Shown: positions 48,227 through 58,616, counted from the first letter of the stretch. The stretch is 64,000 bases of DNA from Candidatus Aenigmatarchaeota archaeon (GCA_021163005.1 JAGGXP010000020.1:164-64163), one strand, 5' to 3'. Numbers and translations are program-made. The notes: generated by a model from the letters alone, not told the origin.

Positions 48227-48237
48227 CTTTATAAAGG
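48227..48237 (-). promoter_or_regulatory. TATA-like CTTTATAAAGG with upstream GCGCTA-AAA-TAGCGC palindrome
   Basis: Conserved with the region upstream of the next gene (48850-48860). Confidence 0.35.
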
Positions 48238-48291
48238 TTGTGCTTGTTCGGTTGTTGTCGGTTTTGCATGAAAAATGCGCTATTTTAGCGC

Positions 48292-48828
48292 TTAGTTCAG
48301 GCTTATTTTTCCGTAGACATCTGAAATAACTGAGCTGAAAAGCTCTGCACTGTTCTTTTCTTCTGCTATTTTCAGAGCCTTTCTGATATCGTGCCTGTAA
48401 TCACCAGGACCGAATGTTTCTGTATCCACAGACAGTTTTCCTGTAGCTAAGTTGTCGGAGCTGATGTCACCGTGGATATAACCGTTGTCGTGAACCCTTT
48501 TCAGGTTGCTAAATATCTCGTTAAGGGCGCTGTAATCACCACTCTGCAAAGCTTTTCCGAATGTGATGCCTTCATTTACGTACTCCTGCTTGACGGCATT
48601 TTCGGCTATTTTCTCGGTTTCGGGGAACAGATCCGGGAACGTCCTGTAAGCATTGACAGATGCCTCTATTCTTTCATCAACATTCCAGTCATGGTGAGGG
48701 CTGTCGGCGTGCAGTTCCGGCTCGAGAACCTTGATAACGCTATCGCTATACCCGTTTTTGGCACGATATACCTTCTGGTTGTTTCCACCGATAAGCTCAA
48801 GGTTATTGTAATCATTCATAGTTTTCAC
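48292..48828 (-). CDS. mini protein-kinase-like protein (RIO/Bud32/Kdo-kinase-like catalytic loop)
   Basis: YIHGDISSDNL resembles the HxD..N kinase catalytic loop, and a downstream DTE sits where DFG would be. 178 aa. Confidence 0.4.
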   Translation of the reverse strand: MKTMNDYNNLELIGGNNQKVYRAKNGYSDSVIKVLEPELHADSPHHDWNVDERIEASVNAYRTFPDLFPETEKIAENAVKQEYVNEGITFGKALQSGDYSALNEIFSNLKRVHDNGYIHGDISSDNLATGKLSVDTETFGPGDYRHDIRKALKIAEEKNSAELFSSVISDVYGKISLN

Positions 48829-48849
48829 TTAATGATAGTTAATTTGGTG

Positions 48850-48860
48850 CTTTATAAGCC
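48850..48860 (-). promoter_or_regulatory. TATA-like CTTTATAAGCC with upstream ATGCC-N10-GGCAT palindrome
   Basis: Paralogous to 48227-48237. Confidence 0.35.
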
Positions 48861-48953
48861 TTATTAGTGTCCGCATGGTATCGGTTAACATGAAAAAAAT
48901 GCCTGTTTTTTTGGCATTTTTCTACTTTTAGAAATCGGTACCAAGAGACGCTG

Positions 48954-49685
48954 TTAAGCACCTTTGAGGAATTCCTCTTCTGTGAAGTGCATCTTTCCGG
49001 GGAGTATGAGCACAGCCGGGGGCTCAAGGGGCTTTTTCAAAAGCTCCAGCGCCTTGTCATAGAGCACCGTGCTTTTCTGTGTCCCCAGCCATGAGGCAGC
49101 TATGAAATACTTGTCGGAATCTATGAGCCCCTGCTTCTTTTTCTGCTCTATCTTCATGAGTATCTCGAGAGCCTCGCCTGTATCCATATCGACATCAAGA
49201 AGAAAGAGCGTGTGCATCCCAAGCTTCCTGTTCTGCACTGCCGCATCATAGAAAGAGGTCGGAGCGTATTCCTTTGACGGCCGGACAACCGTAACGGTCT
49301 TGCCGAAATTGTAGAGGCTCAGCCCTGTCTCGGCGACTGCCGTGAGTATTGAAGAGGAATGGATGATCTCGGTTTTGACTTTTTGCCTGCGCGCCTCCAT
49401 GAGCACGTTCAGGTGCGTGGTGGCACTGAGAGGGTCGCCCGGAACCAGAACAGCTATGTCTGTGTTTTTTCCCAGCTTCACGAGCTGTTTCACTTCCTCT
49501 TCCATGTTCCTGCGATTTATGAGCGTTATGCTCTTTTTGATGAGCCTCTCAAGCCTTTTCAGGTTCCCGGGCCAGCGGTCTGTGTACAGCTCCGCGTAAA
49601 CCTCCTTGACATTCCTGCAGGTTTCAGCGCCATGCAGCGATATGTCCAGTTCGCTTCCGATGCCAAGTCCTATGAGGTAAATCAT
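48954..49685 (-). CDS. dphB: diphthine synthase
   Basis: MIYLIGLGIG N-terminus, VLVPGDPL and TLFLLD motifs of the tetrapyrrole-methylase-family diphthine synthase. Start chosen at the internal Met. Confidence 0.75.
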   Translation of the reverse strand: MIYLIGLGIGSELDISLHGAETCRNVKEVYAELYTDRWPGNLKRLERLIKKSITLINRRNMEEEVKQLVKLGKNTDIAVLVPGDPLSATTHLNVLMEARRQKVKTEIIHSSSILTAVAETGLSLYNFGKTVTVVRPSKEYAPTSFYDAAVQNRKLGMHTLFLLDVDMDTGEALEILMKIEQKKKQGLIDSDKYFIAASWLGTQKSTVLYDKALELLKKPLEPPAVLILPGKMHFTEEEFLKGA

Positions 49686-49689
49686 GCAA

Positions 49690-50847
49690 TCACTTCGAGA
49701 ATATAATCTCCACAACATCCCCGCTTTTAAGCTCGTAGTCTGCCCCGAGCCTCCTCTTGCTCAGGTTCAGGCCGCCGATGAACTTGTCCGCCATGGTGCT
49801 GTGAACCTTTGCGGCAAGCTCTTTCATGGTTGTGCCTTTCTTCACCAGATGCACATCGGGCAGCACATTTCCCTTGCTGTCCGAAAGCCTGCTTATGCTG
49901 GCAACAGGATATACAGGAATGTATTGGAGCTTGTCGAAAACCAGTGTGTTCAGTGCCTTCTGGACGCCTGTCGAGCCGTATTTCGACAGAACATTGGCCC
50001 TGATGAATTCCAGCGCCTCATTCTGCTTTGGGCTCAGCTCGCCCTTCACAGTGAAGCTGCTGTCTCCCGGCTGGTAGTCTATGAGTCCTGCGCCGGCCGC
50101 TTCTCTAAGCGCAAGCTCGAGGTCTGCTGATGTCGGCACCATGCCCTCGTGGCTGCTCTTTAGCTGCTCATAATTCGCCTGCGCACTCTCTTTGTCTATC
50201 TTGTTCGCTGCTATTACAATGGGTTTTGACTCCTTCCTGAGAATGGTGGCGAATTCCCTGCTTTTGATGTCTGCTTTTGCAGCAGCGCGCTTTATGTCAT
50301 CCTCTGTGATGCCGAGGCCTGAGAGCTTCTCGGCCAGCAGGCGTTCCACAGGCAGCTTCTTCATCCTTGCAAGATTTTCAACCTTGTCCAAGTTGTTTTG
50401 GATGATGCCGAAAAGCCATTCGTCTATTTCTGTTTCCAGCACTTCTATATTTCTTTCAGGATCCCACGGATCCTCCTTGGGTCTTTCCCTGCCTTCGGAG
50501 TCTGTCATTCCCGAAACATCCAGAACATGGATAAGACCATCGGCCTGCCTGAGGTCGTCAAGAAACTTGTTTCCAAGGCCTTTGCCTTCATGGGCTCCCG
50601 GCACAAGCCCGGCCACATCAAGAATCTTCACGGGTATCCATCTCTTTCCGTCTACGCATTTTGAATTCTGCGGGTTGCAGGTAACGCCCAGAGATTTGCA
50701 GGGGCACTCAGTGATGACATACCCAACTGCCTGATTGGGCTCTATGGTTGTGAACGGATAGTTGGCTATCTGCACATCAGCAAGCGTGGCTGCCTTGAGC
50801 ATTGTTGATTTTCCGCTGTTCGGCAGTCCAACGAATCCCAGAAGCAT
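49690..50847 (-). CDS. ychF: Obg-family GTPase YchF/OLA1-like with C-terminal TGS domain
   Basis: G1 motif GLPNSGKST, G3 DVAGLV, and a C-terminal SGDVVEIIF TGS-like tail. Confidence 0.7.
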   Translation of the reverse strand: MLLGFVGLPNSGKSTMLKAATLADVQIANYPFTTIEPNQAVGYVITECPCKSLGVTCNPQNSKCVDGKRWIPVKILDVAGLVPGAHEGKGLGNKFLDDLRQADGLIHVLDVSGMTDSEGRERPKEDPWDPERNIEVLETEIDEWLFGIIQNNLDKVENLARMKKLPVERLLAEKLSGLGITEDDIKRAAAKADIKSREFATILRKESKPIVIAANKIDKESAQANYEQLKSSHEGMVPTSADLELALREAAGAGLIDYQPGDSSFTVKGELSPKQNEALEFIRANVLSKYGSTGVQKALNTLVFDKLQYIPVYPVASISRLSDSKGNVLPDVHLVKKGTTMKELAAKVHSTMADKFIGGLNLSKRRLGADYELKSGDVVEIIFSK

Positions 50848-50876
50848 AAACTATTCTTTTCAGCCTGATATAAAAA

Positions 50877-51701
50877 TCAGAGCGCCAGCCATTTCTTTTT
50901 CTTCAGCTGAAAATAGAGCTCTGTGAAGAACTTCAGCTCAAATGATGTTTTCAGGGAAGCTCCGAACAAGAGGGAAAAGACTGCCATATAGAACGGCGCT
51001 CCGAGCGAAGCCAGACCCATGTAATCCAGGGTTTCAAGCGCACCGGCAGATAAGCCTGACACCAAGAACATAAGAGGCGCCATGAAAATCCCGTAGATTA
51101 TGGTGCTGAGAACAGCGTCAGTGACCCATCCTGCAACAACCACCCCCGGCTTTTTCCTGAGCGCCGATGCGCTTGCTCTAAGGGCGCTGTAGAATCCTTT
51201 GTCCCCGAAAATGATTACCTGCATGGCGAACATGAAAGCAATGGATGCTATGAATGTAAAAAATATACCAATGACGGGTATTACAGACAGAAGCACCATC
51301 ACTGTGATTATGGCTACAGATGCTCCGACAAGCGAAGAGAGTCGTGAAAATGACGTTTTCCAGCTTTCCCTATAGCTGCCTGTGCTGCGGCTTAAGTGTA
51401 TGACCGCCCCTGATACGAACGGCCCGACTATCAGCGTGAACAGCAGCATGGCTGTGATGAGAATCCCCATGTTCACGATGTCCGCTGTGGTCAGGTAAGA
51501 CAGTGCCTGGGTATCTGACAAGACGGCGAATGTGCCTAATTGTGCGCTTATGCCCAGCACAAACGCATTGACTATAAGAAGCGGTATGAATGCCTTGGGA
51601 TTCACGCAGAACCTGAAGCTTCCGGAGACAATCTCCTTCCATCTGACGCTTTTCACGTCATTAAAGCATTTCCTGCACTTCTTCATCAAATCCGATGCCA
51701 T
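50877..51701 (-). CDS. polytopic membrane protein of unknown function
   Basis: About 7 TM helices. Confidence 0.45.
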   Translation of the reverse strand: MASDLMKKCRKCFNDVKSVRWKEIVSGSFRFCVNPKAFIPLLIVNAFVLGISAQLGTFAVLSDTQALSYLTTADIVNMGILITAMLLFTLIVGPFVSGAVIHLSRSTGSYRESWKTSFSRLSSLVGASVAIITVMVLLSVIPVIGIFFTFIASIAFMFAMQVIIFGDKGFYSALRASASALRKKPGVVVAGWVTDAVLSTIIYGIFMAPLMFLVSGLSAGALETLDYMGLASLGAPFYMAVFSLLFGASLKTSFELKFFTELYFQLKKKKWLAL

Positions 51702-51759
51702 AACTATTCTTGGCTTCTGCTAATATAAATTTCAGGCAGGATAGTAAATTATAAATAGA

Positions 51760-52278
51760 TTGCCGCAGAAGGTTTTTGTCATGAAAGCTCCCATATGTGA
51801 GATATGCATAAAGTCCGGAATACTATGCAAGTCATGTGAAGAGAAGCTACGGAAAGGCGAGATAAGCAAAGCAGATGTGAGGGTATCGTCCGTGCTTCTT
51901 GGTCTGTCCGGAGAAAAGAAAATGCTCAGGGATGCCACGCTGGTCAGGGTCATTGAGCTTCCCGATATGTACGTGCTTATAGCCGGGAATGGAGATGCTC
52001 CAAAGATAATAGGTGCAAATGGCCAGACCGCAAGAAGACTGGAGAAGGAGCTCGGGAAGCGCGTGATGATTGTCGAACAGGCAGGGGATATGAAAGAGTT
52101 CATGGAGAATCTCGTCAAACCTTTCAGGGTTGTTTCTGTAAGCACTGTATACAAGGACGGGCATGAAGTGCTCAGGCTTAATATAGGCAAGGGACGCGGT
52201 GCAAGGATATCGTCTGCTGATTTCAGCAGCATAGTAAAAGCCATATACGGAAAGGACGCCGAGCTTTTCAGCGAGTGA
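51760..52278 (+). CDS. Zn-ribbon + KH-domain protein (NusA-like KH)
   Basis: N-terminal CEICIK..CKSCEE Zn ribbon and a KH GxxG motif IGANGQTARRLEKELGKRV. Confidence 0.45.
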   Translation: MPQKVFVMKAPICEICIKSGILCKSCEEKLRKGEISKADVRVSSVLLGLSGEKKMLRDATLVRVIELPDMYVLIAGNGDAPKIIGANGQTARRLEKELGKRVMIVEQAGDMKEFMENLVKPFRVVSVSTVYKDGHEVLRLNIGKGRGARISSADFSSIVKAIYGKDAELFSE

Positions 52279-52283
52279 TTCTG

Positions 52284-54056
52284 ATGCAAAAGAGGATTGC
52301 CGTCATAGACAGGGAAGTCTGCAAGCCTGATGTGTGCGGCCATTTGTGCAAGCGGGTCTGCCCCATAAACAGGTCCGGCGAGGACTGCATAATCATAAGC
52401 AGTGCTGACAACAAGCCAAACATAGATGAGTCGCTGTGCATAGGATGCGGGATATGCGTAAACAAGTGCCCGACAAAGGCCATATCAGTGATAAACCTTC
52501 CCGGCGAACTCACCGAGCCGCCTGTTTACAAATACGGAAAGAACCAGTTCCAGCTCTTCAGGCTGCCTGTGCCAAAAAAGAGGATGGTTGTCAGCCTGAT
52601 AGGCCAGAACGGTGTCGGCAAATCCACTGCTGTAAAGATACTTTCCGGGAGGCTCCGTCCTAATCTCGGCGTCCCTGACAGGGATGTCCCGTTCAGTGAA
52701 ATAATGGAGCTTTTCAGGGGCTCCGAGCTCCAGAATTACTTCACAGAGCTGGAGAAGGACATCATCAGCGTGGCATACAAGCCGCAGAACATAGATGAAA
52801 TACCGAAAGTCTGGAAAGGGCCGGTATCAAAGCTTCTGGAAAAAGCAGGGGAAAGCGAACGGCTTAAGGAGATTATGCAGATACTGCTCATAGGAGACAT
52901 GCTTGACAAGGACGTGGGCAGCCTTTCAGGAGGCGAACTGCAGCTGCTCGCTGTGACGGCGACACTGATGAAGGATGCTGATTTGTATTTCTTTGACGAG
53001 CCGAGCTCCTATCTTGATGTGGAGCAGAGGCTGAGGGTCGCTGCAGCCATAAGGAGGTTGTCGAAGGAGCGCATGGTCATGGTTGTGGAGCACGACCTCG
53101 CAGTTGCCGACTACCTTGCAGATCAGGTGCACATGCTCTACGGCAAGCCCGGAGTTTTCGGGGTGATATCAAAGCCGTACGGCGTGCGCGTGGGCATAAA
53201 CACATATCTCGACGGCTATATCAGGGAGGAAAACGTGCGCTTCAGGGACGATGAGATAACATTCAGCCGGAGGGCGCCGGACAGCATGAAGACCAAGCTT
53301 TTCATGACATTCCCGCGGTTCACCAAGAAATTCGGCGGCTTTTCCGTGACAACTGAAAGCGGAAACCTTTACAGGGGGGAAATCATAGGTGTTCTCGGAC
53401 CGAATGCGACAGGCAAGAGCACTTTCATAAACATGCTTGCGGGAAAGGTCAAGCCGGACGAAGGTGAATCACCGGAAGAGCTCAGGCTCGCATACAAGCC
53501 GCAAAGGAGCATGCTCAAAAATGATGAAAAGGACTTTACAGTCAGGATGTACCTTGACAGGGAAATGTCGGACAAGTCCATGAAGCAGAGAGTGGTGCAC
53601 ATGCTTGACCTTGAAAGGCTCATGGAGAAGCGCCTCGGCGCGCTGTCAGGCGGCGAGCTGCAGAGCGTTATGATAGCGGCAACTCTTGGCAAGGATTTTG
53701 ACATACTGCTTCTTGACGAGCCCACAGCATTTCTGGATGTGGAGCAGAGGCTGAGGGTATCCAAGCTTATACGAGAGGTTGTGGAAACAAAGGATGTTGC
53801 TGCTTTTGTTGTTGACCATGACCTCCAGATGCTTGACGCCATGTCTGACAGGCTTATGATTTTCGAAGGCCAGAGGAGCGTAAAAGGACATGCACTGCCT
53901 CCCATGAACTCAAAGGAAGGCATGAACCACTTCCTCAAGAAGATAGGAATCACTTTCAGAAGGGACCCGCAGACGGGCAGGGCACGGGCGAACAAGCCCG
54001 GCTCGCAGAAGGACAGCGAACAGAAAGAAAAAGGTATCTATTATTATGCTGTGTGA
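52284..54056 (+). CDS. abcE1: ABCE1 (RNase L inhibitor-like ribosome recycling factor)
   Basis: N-terminal FeS domain (CGHLCKRVCP.., CIGCGICVNKCP) plus two ABC cassettes (GQNGVGKST, GPNATGKST, LSGGELQ). Confidence 0.9.
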   Translation: MQKRIAVIDREVCKPDVCGHLCKRVCPINRSGEDCIIISSADNKPNIDESLCIGCGICVNKCPTKAISVINLPGELTEPPVYKYGKNQFQLFRLPVPKKRMVVSLIGQNGVGKSTAVKILSGRLRPNLGVPDRDVPFSEIMELFRGSELQNYFTELEKDIISVAYKPQNIDEIPKVWKGPVSKLLEKAGESERLKEIMQILLIGDMLDKDVGSLSGGELQLLAVTATLMKDADLYFFDEPSSYLDVEQRLRVAAAIRRLSKERMVMVVEHDLAVADYLADQVHMLYGKPGVFGVISKPYGVRVGINTYLDGYIREENVRFRDDEITFSRRAPDSMKTKLFMTFPRFTKKFGGFSVTTESGNLYRGEIIGVLGPNATGKSTFINMLAGKVKPDEGESPEELRLAYKPQRSMLKNDEKDFTVRMYLDREMSDKSMKQRVVHMLDLERLMEKRLGALSGGELQSVMIAATLGKDFDILLLDEPTAFLDVEQRLRVSKLIREVVETKDVAAFVVDHDLQMLDAMSDRLMIFEGQRSVKGHALPPMNSKEGMNHFLKKIGITFRRDPQTGRARANKPGSQKDSEQKEKGIYYYAV

Positions 54057-55691
54057 TTACTTGCCCGGGCACTGCGAAGCAATCTCCGGGGCTATCTTGC
54101 CGGCGTAGACCCTGTCGAAATGCGCTGAAAAGTCGTCTGCAAGCGCCCTTGCGCGCCTGTCAAATGCTTTTTTGTCCTTCCATGTATTCCTTGGGTTCAG
54201 TATCCTGTCGGGAACACCCGGGCATGTGCGCGGCACCATAATATGAAACAGTGTGTCCTCGTCATATTCGGCGTTCTCCAACGCGCCATCAAGGGCTGCG
54301 CGCACAATGGACCTTGTGATGTTTATGTCCATTCTCTTTCCTGTGCCGTAGGGTCCCCCGCTCCATCCCGTGTTGACGAGATAGACGGAAGTTCCGTGCT
54401 TCTTCATCTTTTTCCCGAGCAGAAAAGCATATATATCAGGATTGCGGGGCATGAAAGGCTCGCCGAAGAACCGGGAGAAAGTGCTGACAGGCTTGGTTAT
54501 GCCTGTTTCGGTTCCTGCGAGCTTGCTTGTGTATCCCATGAGGAACCACAGCATTGCCTGCTGGGGTGTGAGCTTTGCAACAGGGGGGATTACACCATTG
54601 GCATCAGCTGTGAGGAAAAGTATGGTTTTTGGGTGCGCCCCGACTGGGCTCTTTTTGACATTTTTGAGGTATACGAGCGGATAGGATGCTCTTGAATTCG
54701 GCGTGTACCTGTCATCGTCAACGTCCACATGTCCCGAAGGGTAGACCATGCAGTTCTCGATTATGACGCCGTGCTTTTCATAAGGAGAGTCATGGAAAAC
54801 CGCGTCCCATATCTCAGGCTCCTTGTCCCTTCTCAGGTGTATGAGTTTTGCATAGCATCCGTTCTCGAAGTTCGCTATGCCACTCTCGCTCCAGCCGTGC
54901 TCATCGTCTCCCAGAAGCCTGCGCTCCGGGTCAGCCGAGAGTGTTGTCTTTCCTGTGCCTGACAGCCCAAGGAGCAGTGCGGTGTCGCCTGAAGGTCCCT
55001 CATTTGCTGAGCAGTGAAGCGGGAGTATGCCTTCAGCCGGAAGCATGTAGTTCATGACTGTGAACATGAGCTTCTTGACGCTGCCGGCATAAGCGGAGCC
55101 TATGATGACGCCCATGTTTCTGTCAAAATCCATGGCAACAGCTATGTCAGATGTCTTTCCGTCAGGCAGCTGCCGGAGCCTGCCATTGTACTTCCCGCTG
55201 TCCAGTTTGTCATATGGCAGGACAAGAAGCGTGAAGAGCGTCCTGGAGAATATACTTTTTCCGGCATCTTTCGGCACCGGCCTGAACATGTTGTCCGTGA
55301 ACAGAGCCGTAAGAGCACTGTCTGTGACTGTTCTGACGCGGAGTGCATAGGAAGGGTCAGCGGACAGCGCCCTGTCTGTGACATAGATTCTCTGCTTTTT
55401 GGACAGCATGCTGAGGGCATCCTCAACCAGCATGTCAAAGGTGTCCGGCTTCATGGGTATGTTGTTTGGTGAATCCCAGTCTATGTTTTTCTCGCTTTGC
55501 TTTCTGCGCACGATATACGTGTCTCTGGGGCTTCTGCCTGTTGAGTCTGCCGGCGTCCATGTGGCAAGCGCCCCGCAGGAACTGACTATGGCTTCCCTGT
55601 TTTCAACAGCGTCCCTTATCATCCCGGAGCGGGATATGTCTGCAAAAACATGCCTGTGGCTCTTGAGCAGCTCTTCAACTGTCAGTGCCAT
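54057..55691 (-). CDS. pckA: phosphoenolpyruvate carboxykinase (ATP)
   Basis: GLSGTGKTTLS kinase-1a motif and the NTGWSGGPYG motif. Confidence 0.85.
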   Translation of the reverse strand: MALTVEELLKSHRHVFADISRSGMIRDAVENREAIVSSCGALATWTPADSTGRSPRDTYIVRRKQSEKNIDWDSPNNIPMKPDTFDMLVEDALSMLSKKQRIYVTDRALSADPSYALRVRTVTDSALTALFTDNMFRPVPKDAGKSIFSRTLFTLLVLPYDKLDSGKYNGRLRQLPDGKTSDIAVAMDFDRNMGVIIGSAYAGSVKKLMFTVMNYMLPAEGILPLHCSANEGPSGDTALLLGLSGTGKTTLSADPERRLLGDDEHGWSESGIANFENGCYAKLIHLRRDKEPEIWDAVFHDSPYEKHGVIIENCMVYPSGHVDVDDDRYTPNSRASYPLVYLKNVKKSPVGAHPKTILFLTADANGVIPPVAKLTPQQAMLWFLMGYTSKLAGTETGITKPVSTFSRFFGEPFMPRNPDIYAFLLGKKMKKHGTSVYLVNTGWSGGPYGTGKRMDINITRSIVRAALDGALENAEYDEDTLFHIMVPRTCPGVPDRILNPRNTWKDKKAFDRRARALADDFSAHFDRVYAGKIAPEIASQCPGK

Positions 55692-55754
55692 AATAAGTCT
55701 ATTAGGAGTGTCTTAAAAATAAGTAGTTTTGTGTGGTGAAAAACAGGGCGAGGT

Positions 55755-56705
55755 TTACTTGTTCTGCGACTCTTCCTCTTCTTCCTTGACTTTCTCTTCG
55801 ACCTCTTCCCTGATGCCCAGCTTGTCAACAATTTCCTTGTATCTGTTCCTTATGGTTACCTCTGTGACGCCTATGGCATCTGCGACTTCCCTCTGGGTCT
55901 TCTTCTCGCCGCCAAGCACAGCAGCTATGTAAAGGGCTGCAGCAGCGACGCCTATCGGACCCTTGCCTGAGGTGACGTCATACTGGCCTGCCTCGTCAAG
56001 CACATGAACAGCCCTGACCTGGACCCTCTCTGAAAGTCCAAGAAGTGAACCGAACCTTGGGACATAATCCTGGGATTTTGCAGGAAGTATCCTCATGCCG
56101 AGTTTCCTTGCAACATACCTGTAAGTCTTGCCTATGTCGCGCCTGTTTATGCCGGAAGCCTTTGATATCTCGTCGAGTGTCCTCGGTGCGCCTTCTTCCC
56201 TGCACACAGTGTAAAGGAGCGCTGCGATTATGGATTCTGTGCTCCTTCCCCTGACCAGGCCGCCCTCGACTGCCTTTTCGTACAGCTTGGCGACTTTTTC
56301 GTGGATAGCCTGGGAAAGTCCCAGGAATGATATGAGCCTCTGGAGCTCTGAAAACGCGAAGGAAAGGTTTCTGTCCTTTGACTTTATGAGCCTCTTGTGC
56401 CATTTGGTGAGCCTGTAATACTGCGCCCTCTTCTTCGGGGCAACTTTGAAAAGCTCTCCGCGGCCCTTTCCCATTTCGGTGGTTATGCCCTGGTCGTGCT
56501 TTGTGGGTGTGAGCGGAGCGCCTGTCCTGACCCTTCTGGACCTCTGGTCCTCGTCAAACGCCCTCCACTCCTGAGTGACATCTATCATTGACTCGTCAAC
56601 AACAAGACCGCATTTCATACATACGGATTCGCCCTTGCCGGGGTCGTATTGGATGTTCTCGCTTCCGCATTCAGGGCATTTTATCTTTTTCTTTTCCTGC
56701 ACCAT
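55755..56705 (-). CDS. tfb: transcription initiation factor TFB (TFIIB)
   Basis: N-terminal Zn ribbon CPECGSENIQYD..CMKCG and two cyclin-like repeats. Confidence 0.9.
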   Translation of the reverse strand: MVQEKKKIKCPECGSENIQYDPGKGESVCMKCGLVVDESMIDVTQEWRAFDEDQRSRRVRTGAPLTPTKHDQGITTEMGKGRGELFKVAPKKRAQYYRLTKWHKRLIKSKDRNLSFAFSELQRLISFLGLSQAIHEKVAKLYEKAVEGGLVRGRSTESIIAALLYTVCREEGAPRTLDEISKASGINRRDIGKTYRYVARKLGMRILPAKSQDYVPRFGSLLGLSERVQVRAVHVLDEAGQYDVTSGKGPIGVAAAALYIAAVLGGEKKTQREVADAIGVTEVTIRNRYKEIVDKLGIREEVEEKVKEEEEESQNK

Positions 56706-56825
56706 GTTACTCCTTTCCAGTGAATATACAATAAAGTGTTATAAACTATCGGCCAATCTATTTATAAAGTTATCGGTACTTCACTATATACTTTTTTTCA
56801 GAAGATATAATGGAAACTGCTGGTT

Positions 56826-57158
56826 TTATTTTTTGGAAGCGTTTTTTACTGCGCTGAGAATTGCCTGCTTTTCATTGTCTTCAAGGACTATCCTATCATT
56901 TGCGAACAGCAGCCTGAGGTCATCCTCGTCCTGAGGAAGCATCTCCACTATAGCCACTATGTGCTTGTCCTGCAGCTTTTCGTTCTTCCTAAGCTCTTCA
57001 ACAAGCGCCTGCACATTCTTCTCCGGCAGCTTCTTGAATTTATTCAGGTAGTCCAGGGCATTCTTCTGTTCGTAGTTGAGCTCTGCATCCTTTTCCCTCT
57101 TCCTGAGGACTTTCTTCGCCTCGTATGATGTTATCAGTCTTTCATTTATTATATCCAT
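56826..57158 (-). CDS. rpoF: DNA-directed RNA polymerase subunit F (Rpo4)-like
   Basis: 110 aa, helical. The conserved gene order places it next to rpl21e. Confidence 0.5.
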   Translation of the reverse strand: MDIINERLITSYEAKKVLRKREKDAELNYEQKNALDYLNKFKKLPEKNVQALVEELRKNEKLQDKHIVAIVEMLPQDEDDLRLLFANDRIVLEDNEKQAILSAVKNASKK

Positions 57159-57166
57159 GAAATCAC

Positions 57167-57451
57167 CTAAGCTGGCATGAGGTGCTCCGGCCTGGCTATT
57201 ACGGTTTTCGCCTTTCCGCCTGTCTTTACCTCAACGAGATAGGCGTCACCTCTCCTCTCCTTTATTATACCCGAAGCTCCCTTGAACCTGAAATGAGGCA
57301 TTCCGTTGTGTGATGACGGGTTTGGCATGACCGTCACCTTGTCGTTCTCCGAGAACTGCCTGAGGTAGCTCGTGACAGTGAACTTGTCCCTGAACCCCTT
57401 CTTGAGCTTTCTTCTTGTCCCGGTCCTCAGACCCTTTGAAGATTTTACCAT
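57167..57451 (-). CDS. rpl21e: 50S ribosomal protein L21e
   Basis: MVKSSKGLRTGTRRKL.. matches the L21e N-terminus. Confidence 0.8.
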   Translation of the reverse strand: MVKSSKGLRTGTRRKLKKGFRDKFTVTSYLRQFSENDKVTVMPNPSSHNGMPHFRFKGASGIIKERRGDAYLVEVKTGGKAKTVIARPEHLMPA

Positions 57452-57455
57452 ATTA

Positions 57456-58616
57456 TCATTTCCATATCTTTGTCACATCAAGCTCTGTGACTTTGGCTTC
57501 GATGCCGAGCAGGGACGCAACAGAAGGCACTGACCTCCCGTCATCGCCGCTTACCAGTTCCTTAATGTATAACCCGGCTTCTCCTTTTATTAGTAACTCA
57601 AAGTTTTTATTATTAATCCTCTTCCATGAGAGGTCCAGCACCTTTCTTTTCCTCACTTTGTCGGCCCTTCTGTGGGCGACCCTGTTGGGTGTTCTCTGCT
57701 CCACGACAGCGCCTTTCAGCTTCCCAAGCTTCTCTATGTTCGTGACGGGCCTGCTGAATTCAACAAGAGCCCTGTAGCTCTTGTCAGGTCTCATGCCCTT
57801 GACTTTTGCTACTTCCCTGCGGGCTGTGAAAGAGAGATTCAGCACGCGCACCTTTTTGGTTTTGTTTATGGAAGCTGCCATGCTTTCAAGGTCTATGCCG
57901 CGCTTTTTTGGGTTGCCTATCTCAAGCACAAACGGCCTTCCGTCAAGGCATCTTGCATCAATGTCTTCCCTTCCGCTTGCATGCAATGAATGCGAATCGC
58001 CGCCAGTGGCTTTCATGAACGGCGCTGCTATTATGCCTTCCACTGTCTCTTCGTACTTGTCCCACTTCGTCTGGGGTATGCCGCGGACGAGCTTCATGTA
58101 TTCGCCCCTGACAAAAAGCGGCCTTATCTCAAGCTCTATCCTCTCCTTGTCGAGATTCAGAATGACGACAACATCAGGGTTGCCGAGGTCGTGATCTTTT
58201 TTGACCCTGTCATAAATGAGCTTACCAAGCTCCCTGTTGAGCTCGCTCTTTATGGATTCACAGTATTCTATGCCTATGTCCTCCCACAGCGACTCCTCCT
58301 CTGAAATAAGCCCGCTGCTCAGCTTTGTGCCCACAAGGAAGGTCGAGTATTCCAGCTTCTTCAGGAGGGATGTAGCATTGTCGGCATATTCCGGCAGCTT
58401 TGCAAATATATTGCCGCAGACAGGGCATTTCCCGCTTTTCTCCGGGACACTGAGAAAACTTCTGACTATGCGTCCCCTTTCATCATTGGTCATGCCTGTA
58501 GACACGCGCGCGAACTGTCTGCCGAGGCAGTGGTCGCAGAGGTTACCGTGCTTCAGGGCAGCCCTGGCTGTCTCAAGTATCTTCCTTTTGTTGAATTCGC
58601 TTTTTTTTCCTGCCAT
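57456..58616 (-). CDS. pus10: tRNA pseudouridine synthase Pus10
   Basis: N-terminal CDHCLGRQF Zn ribbon/THUMP-like region and the C-terminal catalytic domain pattern. Confidence 0.7.
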   Translation of the reverse strand: MAGKKSEFNKRKILETARAALKHGNLCDHCLGRQFARVSTGMTNDERGRIVRSFLSVPEKSGKCPVCGNIFAKLPEYADNATSLLKKLEYSTFLVGTKLSSGLISEEESLWEDIGIEYCESIKSELNRELGKLIYDRVKKDHDLGNPDVVVILNLDKERIELEIRPLFVRGEYMKLVRGIPQTKWDKYEETVEGIIAAPFMKATGGDSHSLHASGREDIDARCLDGRPFVLEIGNPKKRGIDLESMAASINKTKKVRVLNLSFTARREVAKVKGMRPDKSYRALVEFSRPVTNIEKLGKLKGAVVEQRTPNRVAHRRADKVRKRKVLDLSWKRINNKNFELLIKGEAGLYIKELVSGDDGRSVPSVASLLGIEAKVTELDVTKIWK

